Shown one piece after another: positions 22,723 through 31,879 of a stretch of 64,000 bases of DNA (the stretch's first letter is position 1; each line of letters opens with the position of its first letter). Location: the sequence record OV876900; one strand, written 5' to 3'. This stretch comes from Escherichia phage UGKSEcP2. The notes beneath the pieces were generated by a model. The model was given only the letters and a program-made list of their open reading frames with translations. It was not told the DNA's origin and did not search any database. Both the position numbers and the translations under genes were made by a program.

Positions 22723-22752
22723 ATTATAACACAGCACGAGGGACTTGTAAAC
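22723..22752 (-). promoter_or_regulatory. early promoter GTTTAC-N18-TATAAT (ORF 22401..22691)
   Basis: -35 and -10 hexamers on minus strand, conserved leader with GAGGAA RBS. Confidence 0.65.
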
Positions 22753-24809
22753 TACATCTTGAACTTTTTAGACATTCCGTTGATGTTAACCAAAGAAGCC
22801 AAGATTTGAGAAACTTCGTTTTCCTCTTCTTTTGATTCTTCTACAAGGAATTGATTAAACCCAGCCATTGGACGAACTTCACCAGTTTCCATTAGATGAT
22901 CGCCATCATATACCGATTCTTCTAATTGTTCAGAAGGAGGAACGATTGTGCCTTCGATTAGATACTTGTTATAAGCAGTTTCTTTCATCATGTACGTGCT
23001 TACTTTATTAATCTTCAGCAAAATTCCACGCGGTAGAATAACTTCAGCTTCTGATGGAAATCCTGATAAATGACCTGGAACGATAACTTTGATTCGCTCA
23101 GCCCCTTTAATTACCATACCTACGCTAGTTTCAGCATCTTCATTCGCATAAGCAGAATGACTGCCCATATGCATTAAATCTTCAGCATCAACAGAACCTT
23201 CTCCTTCACCAGAAAATACTGCGCCGGAATCATCTAGAGCCATATAGTTTTTACCATGCTCACCGAAGATATTTGGTTTAAGCGATGTTGATACGAAGTT
23301 CTTGAAATAGAACATTTTATTTTCAATATTATGGCGTAAAGTTTTAAAAGTAACTTCTTGACCACGATAAAGCGTAGTTCCCGGAGGAAGAACTGATCCT
23401 TTGGCGAATGCAGAATCCATTGTCTCGATGTGTTTAATAGCTCGTTCCATGTATTCTTCACGGGTAGAATCCGGTTTACCTAAAAGGAACGAGTTCATTT
23501 CAACATATGAATCTGCACAATAATCTTCAATTACATCAGACTCAGCCTGAGTTAATCCTTTTGGAGTTACTTCGGTGCTTGCGTATTCATATGCCTGAGC
23601 AGCAGATTCATTAATCAATTTATAAATGCTATTCATGACAAATTGAATAATAGCTACTTTTTCGTCTGGCGTGGCTTTAGAACCTTTAACTAAATCATTG
23701 ATAATTTTCTTAATAACATCAAAGCTATTAGAAATATTAATGTCAGCGAGATCGCTCAAAATTTTATCGGTTTTATAATCAAAGAATTCTTTATTCTTTA
23801 AATATTCTTGAGAACCTTGATATGTTATATCGCTCTGCAGTCTGATAGACGGATCACGTAAACGTGCATGGGCCAATGCAATATGATTTCGGAAGCTTTC
23901 TAGTTCATAATCGTTAGATTTAAAACGAGAAGCACTTCTCATACCACCGATAGCTCCTTTGCTGAAGTTTGAACCAATCTGAATAACGCCAGAGTTCATT
24001 GGTCCTTCTGCTTTATATACTGGAACTTTAGATTCAAACTCTTGATATTTCTTAGCAGCGAAGCTATCGCCCTGGAGTGAAGCATCGACAGTAGAATATT
24101 GAGCTTGTGCTGCTAATCGACGACTAATTTTAGTTTTCTGAATAACAGCTTGATCCGTGCGCTTATCATTTTCTAAAGCAATAGAAGCAGCAACAGCAAC
24201 AGCTTTAGGAACAGCATTACCTGTTTTAACATCTACATAAACATCACCAACCTTTGATTCAACTTTTGTGAATAACTCAGTTGAAATAGGAGGTACACCT
24301 GGAATGTCTTCTAAATTGGCATTTTTACGGTAAACCATAATATATGCATACTTTTTATCATAATCCCAGATTTCCTTTAAAAGAACATATCGACCTGCTC
24401 CTTTAGTACGTACTAAACGGTCAGCAATAACTTGCATCTGACGAGCAGCGCCATTTGTTTTACTTTTTAGTACGCGGAATAGGCATGCGTCAATTTTATA
24501 CTGTTTCATTGTTTGAAGAGCAGTATCAAAAACCGCATTAATGACACCAATTGGATTTCCACCCAAGTTTTTAAGTTTAACTAATGATAGTTTCTCATTA
24601 ACACCTATCATTACGATATGCATCATTTTATCGCCTGGCTTAACGTTTTTATTTGTATCACCGCCAGAGGTGTATGTACAAAATCTAAATCCAGGAAGCA
24701 CGCTTTCTTCACCGGCTTGAATAGCAAAAATTTGAGGTATTTTATGCTTAGGATTTAAGTTAACAACCGGCGCCGAAGCGCCGTCAAATAATTCTGTAAT
24801 AAGTTCCAT
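22752..24809 (-). CDS. Alt-like ADP-ribosyltransferase paralogue
   Basis: 685-aa ORF; N-terminus MELITELFD as in Alt; C-terminal R-S-E motif triad (YRGQ, STS, EAEVILPRG). Confidence 0.8.
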   Translation of the reverse strand: MELITELFDGASAPVVNLNPKHKIPQIFAIQAGEESVLPGFRFCTYTSGGDTNKNVKPGDKMMHIVMIGVNEKLSLVKLKNLGGNPIGVINAVFDTALQTMKQYKIDACLFRVLKSKTNGAARQMQVIADRLVRTKGAGRYVLLKEIWDYDKKYAYIMVYRKNANLEDIPGVPPISTELFTKVESKVGDVYVDVKTGNAVPKAVAVAASIALENDKRTDQAVIQKTKISRRLAAQAQYSTVDASLQGDSFAAKKYQEFESKVPVYKAEGPMNSGVIQIGSNFSKGAIGGMRSASRFKSNDYELESFRNHIALAHARLRDPSIRLQSDITYQGSQEYLKNKEFFDYKTDKILSDLADINISNSFDVIKKIINDLVKGSKATPDEKVAIIQFVMNSIYKLINESAAQAYEYASTEVTPKGLTQAESDVIEDYCADSYVEMNSFLLGKPDSTREEYMERAIKHIETMDSAFAKGSVLPPGTTLYRGQEVTFKTLRHNIENKMFYFKNFVSTSLKPNIFGEHGKNYMALDDSGAVFSGEGEGSVDAEDLMHMGSHSAYANEDAETSVGMVIKGAERIKVIVPGHLSGFPSEAEVILPRGILLKINKVSTYMMKETAYNKYLIEGTIVPPSEQLEESVYDGDHLMETGEVRPMAGFNQFLVEESKEEENEVSQILASLVNINGMSKKFKM

Positions 24810-24812
24810 GAT

Positions 24813-26906
24813 TTATCCTTGAACGAACTTGTAAGGCATGTTTGCAATATCTATGCAAGATGCAATAATTCCAAGAGATGATTCTACTTTTTGTTTAACA
24901 TTTGATGAAACAAATGATGCAAAGTCAACTCTGTCTTCTATTTCAATATCATCTGTCATTGCAACTACTTCACCAGTTTCCATTAGACGGTCACCGTCAT
25001 AAATTACCGATTCGGTGAGTTCTTCCGTAGTCATAACTTCAGCTTGAATGAGTTTTGTATTATTAGATGTTGTTCCGTCATTATTAGAAGCATCAGTTAT
25101 TTTATTAACTTTGACCATCAATCCGCGTGGTAGAATAACTTCAGCTTCTGTTGCTATTCCGAGACTTCCTGGATATACAACATTAACTTTATGAGCTCCA
25201 TCAATTGCCCATCCTATTTGAACTTTAACGTATTCAGGATTTTCTTTATACGCTCTTATTTCATTTGGATTAATAGTTATTCCTTCTTCATTTTTATCAA
25301 CTGTTAATTCATTACGAGCTTCTGGTTCTAAAAGACCAATACCAGCATGCGTAATTCCAAAACGTCCAAAAATGATAGGAGTTAAAGAAGTAGATACAAA
25401 ATTTCTGAAATAGAACACTTTATTTTTAACTAGTGCTTCGTATATAGGAGCAGTCATGCTTTGAGCACGATAAACTGTAATGCCTTCTGGTATACGGTCA
25501 CCATTTTCAAAGGCTGAATCTAAATTATTTATCGCAGATTCAATTTCTTTTTCACTCATTACCTCATATCGTTCTGGATTGTAGCGACCTAAAAGAAGAT
25601 TATTGATGTCAGTATATCCTGAACCACAATACTCTCTAATGCCGCGCTTTTGTGATGGAGTATATTTAGAACCATCACGAGCAATAGTAATATCAATCAT
25701 TGGACCTGCACCAATTCCAGAAAAACTATAAATCATTCTTTTGAGGAATTTAGTTTTTGCTGCATTCCAGGAATTTTTAGTTATTTCTTCCCAGACTTCA
25801 TCTGTCTGTCCTTTACGAGTTTTATTATGTTTATCAAGCCAGTTATCTTTATATTCTTCAAATAATTGATTAACAACTGTTGCGTATTTCTCTAAACATT
25901 TTATTGAAGTAGTTGGTTCATTTTTAATCGCATTAAGAATTACATCTTTAATTTTTTCAGAAACTTCATTAACCTCACTTTTTGAAAAGAATTTATAGTC
26001 ATAATGAAGTTCATCTGCAGTTCCTTCAGCAATAATTTTTGCTGCCTTAGTTTTAGAAGCTAATGAATTAATTCCAAGCTTCATTTCTTCTGCTTCGGGA
26101 ATTAAAGGAGCTGTAGCAGGTTTATTGAAATTAGCTGCGGTAGATTCATACTTCTGGAATAATTCACTTTCAAATCTAGAAGATTCCAATGATTGACTTT
26201 GTGCAATTGCTCTACGGGAAATTTTAACTTTAACGATTACAGCTTGGTCAGAACGTTTATCATTTTCTTGTGCAATAGATGCTGCAATTGCCTCATTTTT
26301 AGTTACTTGAGCTCCAGTATCTTTATTGATATAAACATCACCGACTTTCGATTCAACTTTAGTAAAGAGCTCGGTACTAATTTCTGGAACTCCTGGAATG
26401 TCTTCTAATGATACATTTTTGCGATGTATAAGAATATATGCGTACTTTTTATCGTAATCCCAGAGTTCCTTAAGAAGGACGTATCTGCCACCTGAACGAC
26501 TGCGGATAAGTCTATCAGCAATAAGTTGAATTTGTCGAGCTTGACCAGCAGTTTTAGACTTAAGAATACGGAGCATACAGGCATCAATTTTATACTGACG
26601 CATCGTTTGCATTGCAACTGTAAAAACTGAATTGATATAATTAATTGGGCTTGGACCGAGACCTTTTAATTTAGCAATTGAACCTTTAGCAGTTAATGTA
26701 AAAGGAACAATATGCATCATTTTATCGCCCATCTTTAAATCGCGATTAGTATCACCTCCAGATGTATAGGTACATAAACGAAAGCCTGGTTGTTCAATTG
26801 CGTCATCAACATGAACTGAAAAAATTTGCGGTATTTTCTTCTTTGGATTTAAGTTTGTAATCGGAAGAGTAGTATCTTCGTCAAATAATTCTGTAATGAG
26901 TTCCAT
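24813..26906 (-). CDS. alt: Alt ADP-ribosyltransferase (virion-packaged)
   Basis: 697 aa from second ATG (track ORF has MM start); MELITELFDEDTTLPITNL N-terminus; R-S-E motifs; late promoter upstream. Confidence 0.85.
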   Translation of the reverse strand: MELITELFDEDTTLPITNLNPKKKIPQIFSVHVDDAIEQPGFRLCTYTSGGDTNRDLKMGDKMMHIVPFTLTAKGSIAKLKGLGPSPINYINSVFTVAMQTMRQYKIDACMLRILKSKTAGQARQIQLIADRLIRSRSGGRYVLLKELWDYDKKYAYILIHRKNVSLEDIPGVPEISTELFTKVESKVGDVYINKDTGAQVTKNEAIAASIAQENDKRSDQAVIVKVKISRRAIAQSQSLESSRFESELFQKYESTAANFNKPATAPLIPEAEEMKLGINSLASKTKAAKIIAEGTADELHYDYKFFSKSEVNEVSEKIKDVILNAIKNEPTTSIKCLEKYATVVNQLFEEYKDNWLDKHNKTRKGQTDEVWEEITKNSWNAAKTKFLKRMIYSFSGIGAGPMIDITIARDGSKYTPSQKRGIREYCGSGYTDINNLLLGRYNPERYEVMSEKEIESAINNLDSAFENGDRIPEGITVYRAQSMTAPIYEALVKNKVFYFRNFVSTSLTPIIFGRFGITHAGIGLLEPEARNELTVDKNEEGITINPNEIRAYKENPEYVKVQIGWAIDGAHKVNVVYPGSLGIATEAEVILPRGLMVKVNKITDASNNDGTTSNNTKLIQAEVMTTEELTESVIYDGDRLMETGEVVAMTDDIEIEDRVDFASFVSSNVKQKVESSLGIIASCIDIANMPYKFVQG

Positions 26907-26929
26907 CATATCCTCTCTAGTGTTTATTC

Positions 26930-26937
26930 TATTTATA
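26930..26937 (-). promoter_or_regulatory. late promoter TATAAATA (alt)
   Basis: TATTTATA on + strand ~25 nt upstream of alt start. Confidence 0.6.
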
Positions 26938-26945
26938 AAATTAAA

Positions 26946-26957
26946 GGCCCGAAGGCC
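26946..26957 (-). terminator. stem-loop upstream of alt late promoter
   Basis: GGCC-CGAA-GGCC flanked by A/T runs. Confidence 0.45.
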
Positions 26958-26958
26958 T

Positions 26959-27147
26959 TTAATAATCTATTGGTAAGAGAGTACGATATATTTCAAACTT
27001 TGGACCTTTTTCATAGGCATCAAATGTTTCTGTGAATTTATTATAAGCATATGCATCTATAAATTCAATCATAATTTGTGATACAGAAGTAGAAACATCT
27101 CCACCTTCTTTTTGAGCCACGACAATTGTTTCTAAGTAAGCTTTCAT
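26959..27147 (-). CDS. hypothetical protein
   Basis: 62-aa ORF, start overlaps ligase stop. Confidence 0.5.
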   Translation of the reverse strand: MKAYLETIVVAQKEGGDVSTSVSQIMIEFIDAYAYNKFTETFDAYEKGPKFEIYRTLLPIDY

Positions 27148-28604
27148 AGACCAGTTACCTCATGAAAATCACCAAATACATCCTCGAATGTATTAGCTTT
27201 AGTTTTATCTTCACGTAAACGAATCGCAATCGGAAGAAATAATTTAACGTAATCAGTGCGGCCATCAGATTTTAACCAACCGTTGCATTCGCACTCTAGA
27301 ATTTTTCCAATATAATAATTTTGGTTTTCCATAATGCGAGTACGGTCAAGTTCATGCGATTTTACACCGGCTTTATCTTTTAAGCCTGAACCAGCATTTA
27401 CTTTAATTTTTCCACACTCTGATTCAAGAATAAATCCACCTGCTTTAGTAGGGTCTTTACGGTGAGGATAAATTCCTACAATTTTTAAATCAACATCAAT
27501 TACTTCTTTAAATTTATAAAGATTTTTTGAACGAGCATTTTCCCACAATCCATCGGTATTTTTGAGAATAATACCTTCAAGACCTTGGTCAATATACTTT
27601 TTATAAATTACCTTAGCTTCATCTAGGTTATTTACTACCTGGTTTTCAATTAAAATTACTTTATCATATCCTGATGTCATTTGTTCTAGTTTAGAAAAAC
27701 GTACATCATATTTTAAACGAAACGCCGGAAGACCGTATATTTCTACCAACGGGACATAATCCCAGACCTGAAACTTCATGCATTGAGCTTCTTTTTCTGA
27801 AATAGTTCCCTTTAAAGATTTATTGGCGATTCCATTAGAAGCAGTACGCGATTCAGCTACTTCGGAAAACTCTTTAGCTTTACTGATTTCAGGAGCATCA
27901 AAAAGAAAATCTAGGCCTTCTGGCTCCTTTTCAACCTGCTCATGGTATACCAATTCGCCATCAATTAACACGCCTTCTGGATGAATCTGGCGAGCTTCAG
28001 CAGTCATTTTGATTAACTCTTCCTTAAGAAGATCTAATCCTAGATATTCATTACCAGCTCGTGATAAAAGACGAACATCATCTAATTCATCACCTCGGAC
28101 TTCAGCAAAACACCGAGCTCCATCTGCTTTTAACTGTGCAAAAGCTGGAAATTTGATATTCTTACTAATGCCTTTTTCATCATAAGAACTTGCCAGCATT
28201 TGAGGCTGTTCAGGAATTAAACCTGGCCAAACTTTATTTGCGATAGATACTGAAGCACCGCATTCAAGATCTCGCATCATAACTCGACGCAAAACTTCAA
28301 CATCATCCTTTTTACCATCAGTGATATATCCAGTTAATTCCTCAATTGCAGCATTTCCAGTCAATTTCCGAGTAGCTAACGTGAATTCAATGAAGTCAAG
28401 CATATCGGTAATAGTCAGCATTCCAAAACTCTGGGTAGCAATACCAGGTTTAGGCCATTTCTTGATATAATACTGTAACCCACGAGAATAAGTCAGACGA
28501 TATACTCGTTTAAGCAATTCATTATCTTTATTCTTTTCAAGAATTGCTTGCTTCTGCTTAGTTGATCCAATAGATGCTATTTCATTCAGAATTTTAAGAA
28601 TCAT
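27144..28604 (-). CDS. 30: ATP-dependent DNA ligase gp30
   Basis: 486-aa ORF; recognised as T4 DNA ligase. Confidence 0.93.
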   Translation of the reverse strand: MILKILNEIASIGSTKQKQAILEKNKDNELLKRVYRLTYSRGLQYYIKKWPKPGIATQSFGMLTITDMLDFIEFTLATRKLTGNAAIEELTGYITDGKKDDVEVLRRVMMRDLECGASVSIANKVWPGLIPEQPQMLASSYDEKGISKNIKFPAFAQLKADGARCFAEVRGDELDDVRLLSRAGNEYLGLDLLKEELIKMTAEARQIHPEGVLIDGELVYHEQVEKEPEGLDFLFDAPEISKAKEFSEVAESRTASNGIANKSLKGTISEKEAQCMKFQVWDYVPLVEIYGLPAFRLKYDVRFSKLEQMTSGYDKVILIENQVVNNLDEAKVIYKKYIDQGLEGIILKNTDGLWENARSKNLYKFKEVIDVDLKIVGIYPHRKDPTKAGGFILESECGKIKVNAGSGLKDKAGVKSHELDRTRIMENQNYYIGKILECECNGWLKSDGRTDYVKLFLPIAIRLREDKTKANTFEDVFGDFHEVTGL

Positions 28605-28870
28605 TGCTCATCCTTCAAGGTTTGGTTTACAGCTCTATTATAAATCAATTCATCATTAAGCTCAGGCAAAGACCTATGATATGTAGTTCTAACTTTATTT
28701 CCTTGCATCCAGTGCTTAACGTAAATGAAACCTTGCTCTACACATTTTTTAAAAATTCGTTCGTCTTTTTGAGCTCGGAATTCTGGATTACATCTAAAAA
28801 ATTGATTTACGTGACCGTAATCACGTGTAGTATTACCTTCATTTTCATAAATAGTGTGAACGACAAACAT
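28601..28870 (-). CDS. hypothetical protein
   Basis: 89-aa ORF, overlapping start/stop with neighbours. Confidence 0.6.
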   Translation of the reverse strand: MFVVHTIYENEGNTTRDYGHVNQFFRCNPEFRAQKDERIFKKCVEQGFIYVKHWMQGNKVRTTYHRSLPELNDELIYNRAVNQTLKDEQ

Positions 28871-29709
28871 TAGAATGCTCCTTGGAAAATATTATCACCG
28901 CTAGTAGGTCTATTATACAAATACTCTATGCCACCAGGTTTAATATAGTTCCATGTCTGAAATGGATGTGTCTGATATGGATGATATAGATGATTATAAG
29001 GATTAAATCCAGGCGTTCTCCAGGTAGTGTTCCAAGTAAAAGAATCGTTTTTAACCATCTTCTCAATTAAATCTTTTATAGCTTTTTCACTATCAAAACT
29101 TTCTTTATTTTCCTTCGGCGAAAAAAGCTTATTTTCTACATCATTCCATGTATAAACTCGCTGGGCAGTTTTTGGAATATTGTCACGCTCTCCTCGAGCC
29201 ATCCAATAAACTGGAACATTTAATATTTCACTCGCATGATCGCAGTGGTGAGCGAGATCGTCAATATAACAAATTACGTTATATTTCTCTTTTGCCTTTT
29301 TGAACAGCTCTTCTTTTGAAGAATCATGACCACACATCATTACTTCTGAGAAGGCACCAGGAAAAAGAGCATTCAAATTAAATTGACGATTCAGCAGAGC
29401 GTCAATAGAATCACCCAATGCTGTAACAGCTACAAAATTATAATCTTCTTTTAATTTATTAATTACACACAGGGCATCTTTATATGGAGACAAGTAACGA
29501 ATAAAATCTGATCGATTATATTTTTCAATTAGCTTGACACCGAGTTCTTCATCACAATTAAAGAGTTTACCTGGAGAAATAAATTTCTCATCTTGGATCA
29601 TTTTTAAAATATGTTCTAACGGAAGATTATATTTCTGAGCAAAATAAGGAAGACCTGATTGCCAGCTTAAACATACTCCATCAATATCAGTTAAAATAGT
29701 AGGCTTCAT
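28870..29709 (-). CDS. HAD-superfamily hydrolase-like protein
   Basis: 279-aa ORF; N-terminal ILTDIDGV resembles HAD motif I. Confidence 0.65.
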   Translation of the reverse strand: MKPTILTDIDGVCLSWQSGLPYFAQKYNLPLEHILKMIQDEKFISPGKLFNCDEELGVKLIEKYNRSDFIRYLSPYKDALCVINKLKEDYNFVAVTALGDSIDALLNRQFNLNALFPGAFSEVMMCGHDSSKEELFKKAKEKYNVICYIDDLAHHCDHASEILNVPVYWMARGERDNIPKTAQRVYTWNDVENKLFSPKENKESFDSEKAIKDLIEKMVKNDSFTWNTTWRTPGFNPYNHLYHPYQTHPFQTWNYIKPGGIEYLYNRPTSGDNIFQGAF

Positions 29710-30164
29710 AGAGAGTCTCTTAATAGGTTTAACACATCAATAAATTCAGCTTCGGTTAGTATTGTATCATCTTTTGTTAGACCACTAGCCATGCTGTGCT
29801 TCAAAACTTTTCCTTTCGAGGCTTGTAATGCATCACGAAAGCCCCTGTTTTGGAACGCTGCTTCAAAATATGCATTTGTGTATAATTCTTTCCACGCTGG
29901 AGAGTATCTTGAAAACGGAACTCCAAGCCAGAAGAGGGTCCCACGGTCCTGAGCTCTAGCATAAGCTCGTCCAGCTTGTTGGGCGGCAAGCCCGGATAAC
30001 CCAAATATACGATGTTGCTGTTCAACATTTTTCACCTTGCATCCTTGGAGGAATCCTTCGAGACCTCCAAATTGGATACCATCCATAACAAAAGGCCATT
30101 GGGCGAAATTACTTAATGCACATGATGGCCATCTAAAATTGCTTCTAATCTCTAACTCAGACAT
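29706..30164 (-). CDS. NADAR-like (YbiA-family) protein
   Basis: 152 aa from ATG (track ORF begins at TTG); LSNF...F..DG..F...E....K pattern reminiscent of NADAR domain. Confidence 0.6.
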   Translation of the reverse strand: MSELEIRSNFRWPSCALSNFAQWPFVMDGIQFGGLEGFLQGCKVKNVEQQHRIFGLSGLAAQQAGRAYARAQDRGTLFWLGVPFSRYSPAWKELYTNAYFEAAFQNRGFRDALQASKGKVLKHSMASGLTKDDTILTEAEFIDVLNLLRDSL

Positions 30165-30372
30165 TTTCAATACTTATAATTTCAACATCAGCCCAATGAC
30201 CGTAACTTGGTAAACGGTCTTCAATAGATAATCCGCCATCATATTTAAGCATTTTAATTGTCATAATATATGGCTCTAAATGGTCTTCAGTGAGCGGAGA
30301 GACATCAGTCACACGATAAGTAACTTCGACCATTTCCGTGCCCAGTAATTTCTTGATTAATTTCTTAAACAT
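30157..30372 (-). CDS. hypothetical protein
   Basis: 71-aa ORF. Confidence 0.5.
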   Translation of the reverse strand: MFKKLIKKLLGTEMVEVTYRVTDVSPLTEDHLEPYIMTIKMLKYDGGLSIEDRLPSYGHWADVEIISIENV

Positions 30373-30376
30373 TTTA

Positions 30377-30664
30377 TTAGAACCTCATCTGAAAACCGTG
30401 CGATTTAACACTACCGCCGCCAATATCAGAAATATTAATTTCACGCGCAATTGAAGGGTCAATGTCAATTTCACGATTGAGTTTAGTGATAGCTAAAGTA
30501 TCGCGGCCATTTACAGTACGGAACTCTAAAGGGCAGACTACATTAACATAGTTTTTAATCGATTCACTGGTAGGTTGCAAATGAGCAGGAAGGTCTTTAG
30601 GCGCCTTAGAGAAAACCACTTCACAGAAATTTTTGCGGGTGTCAAAATAAGTAGTCATAAACAT
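30377..30664 (-). CDS. hypothetical protein
   Basis: 95-aa ORF. Confidence 0.5.
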   Translation of the reverse strand: MFMTTYFDTRKNFCEVVFSKAPKDLPAHLQPTSESIKNYVNVVCPLEFRTVNGRDTLAITKLNREIDIDPSIAREINISDIGGGSVKSHGFQMRF

Positions 30665-30705
30665 AGTATTTTCCTCAGTAAGGGGCCGAAGCCCCTCATT
30701 TTATT

Positions 30706-31071
30706 TTAAATATCAAATTCGTTAAGAACTACATCAAAGATTGCTTCAAGATGCTCAGGTTTAGCTCTGTTACTCAGAATATGACGAATCCAAGTTTTAA
30801 CCAGAAGCTTGCGATTAACGCCATTCCAGCAAGGATGAGTCCCTAAATCGCGTTGACGAAAATCATCATCCAAAGCGATTTTGAAGTTGGAACCTTCCAT
30901 TGTGATTGAAACCGTGATGCCATTTTCAAATCGCATATAAACGTAGTTAGGAGTCATATACTGTTCAATTTCGCATACTGATCCATTTTGATGTTTCCAA
31001 AGGCAAATAGTATCAATAGAACCTGCAATACCGTTAGAAACATATTTACGTTCAAAGTTGATGTAGTTCAT
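30706..31071 (-). CDS. hypothetical protein
   Basis: 121-aa ORF with own early promoter and GGAG RBS. Confidence 0.55.
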   Translation of the reverse strand: MNYINFERKYVSNGIAGSIDTICLWKHQNGSVCEIEQYMTPNYVYMRFENGITVSITMEGSNFKIALDDDFRQRDLGTHPCWNGVNRKLLVKTWIRHILSNRAKPEHLEAIFDVVLNEFDI

Positions 31072-31108
31072 TTTTATTCTCCGAGATGTTTAATTGCGGT
31101 ACAGGTAT

Positions 31109-31137
31109 ATAATATCATATCCTGTACCAAAGTAAAC
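31109..31137 (-). promoter_or_regulatory. early promoter GTTTAC-N17-TATTAT with flanking 8-bp dyad (ORF 30706..31071)
   Basis: Hexamers on minus strand; GGTACAGG/CCTGTACC inverted repeat brackets the -10. Confidence 0.55.
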
Positions 31138-31139
31138 AA

Positions 31140-31472
31140 TTATTTTACTACTTTCCAGTGCTGCATGTCAAGTTTACCAACTTTTTTCATCTTCTCAATT
31201 AAGCGTTCGGCGCGTTGGCGAGCTGTAACATAATACCATTCACCCAATTCATTTTGTTCAATTTTTCCAACGATTACTGTATTCAATTCATAAATCCAAC
31301 CAGTAAAGAAATTATGAACTTGAATTGTAAAGGTGAAATCTGTTCCCATACCTTCTGTTGTTTCTACTTCAATAATATCACCTTCAACTGCCATTAAGAA
31401 CCACATAGTTTCATCATATTTACCGTTGAAGCATTTAGTTTTAACTGCAGCGTTCAGATTAATTGTTTTCAT
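31140..31472 (-). CDS. hypothetical protein
   Basis: 110-aa ORF with own early-type promoter. Confidence 0.55.
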   Translation of the reverse strand: MKTINLNAAVKTKCFNGKYDETMWFLMAVEGDIIEVETTEGMGTDFTFTIQVHNFFTGWIYELNTVIVGKIEQNELGEWYYVTARQRAERLIEKMKKVGKLDMQHWKVVK

Positions 31473-31499
31473 TTTATTCTCCTTTGTTTGTGTAAGATA

Positions 31500-31529
31500 A
31501 TACTATCACAAAGGAACTATACTGTAAAC
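31500..31529 (-). promoter_or_regulatory. early-type promoter GTTTAC-N18-TAGTAT (ORF 31140..31472)
   Basis: Hexamers on minus strand followed by GGAG RBS. Confidence 0.5.
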
Positions 31530-31558
31530 AACTTTGTGCAATCTTTGGAAAATAAAAA

Positions 31559-31578
31559 AGGACTCCCGAAGGAGTCCT
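31559..31578 (-). terminator. terminator after the small basic ORF
   Basis: AGGACTCC-TTCG-GGAGTCCT on minus strand followed by U-run. Confidence 0.65.
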
Positions 31579-31582
31579 CAAC

Positions 31583-31759
31583 TTATGCTTTCTGCTTACC
31601 AAAACGAGAAGCATCATCTCGAAGAACCGCACGTGCTCGGCGCATGATCTTCTCAACAGTTTGATTGATACGAGAGTTCGACCCACGCTTGTAACCAGCG
31701 CGTTTAGAATCACCAACTTTCTTTTCAACTGCTTTCTTTGCTTTAGCTTGTTTTGCCAT
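31583..31759 (-). CDS. small basic protein
   Basis: 58 aa from ATG at 31759 (track ORF extended upstream to an alternative start); K/R-rich. Confidence 0.5.
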   Translation of the reverse strand: MAKQAKAKKAVEKKVGDSKRAGYKRGSNSRINQTVEKIMRRARAVLRDDASRFGKQKA

Positions 31760-31879
31760 TATAAATTCTCTTTTAAATGAAAATGCAGGACTTATTGGCA
31801 TTGCCTGCGCAAGCCCTCAAGGGGAACATAGGTTTTTGAATATTTAACGACCAGGATAACCATAAACCCGTCATCATAC

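Noticed and set aside
22752-26906. Possibility that the two Alt genes are an assembly duplication artefact
   Set aside because: The copies are strongly diverged in their middle regions and differ in length, so they are true paralogues rather than a collapsed or duplicated read artefact.
29801-30028. 75-aa minus-strand ORF
   Set aside because: Internal alternative frame within the NADAR-like gene.
31474-31728. 84-aa minus-strand ORF
   Set aside because: Alternative frame overlapping the small basic ORF, its terminator and the promoter of the downstream gene; less plausible than the annotated arrangement.
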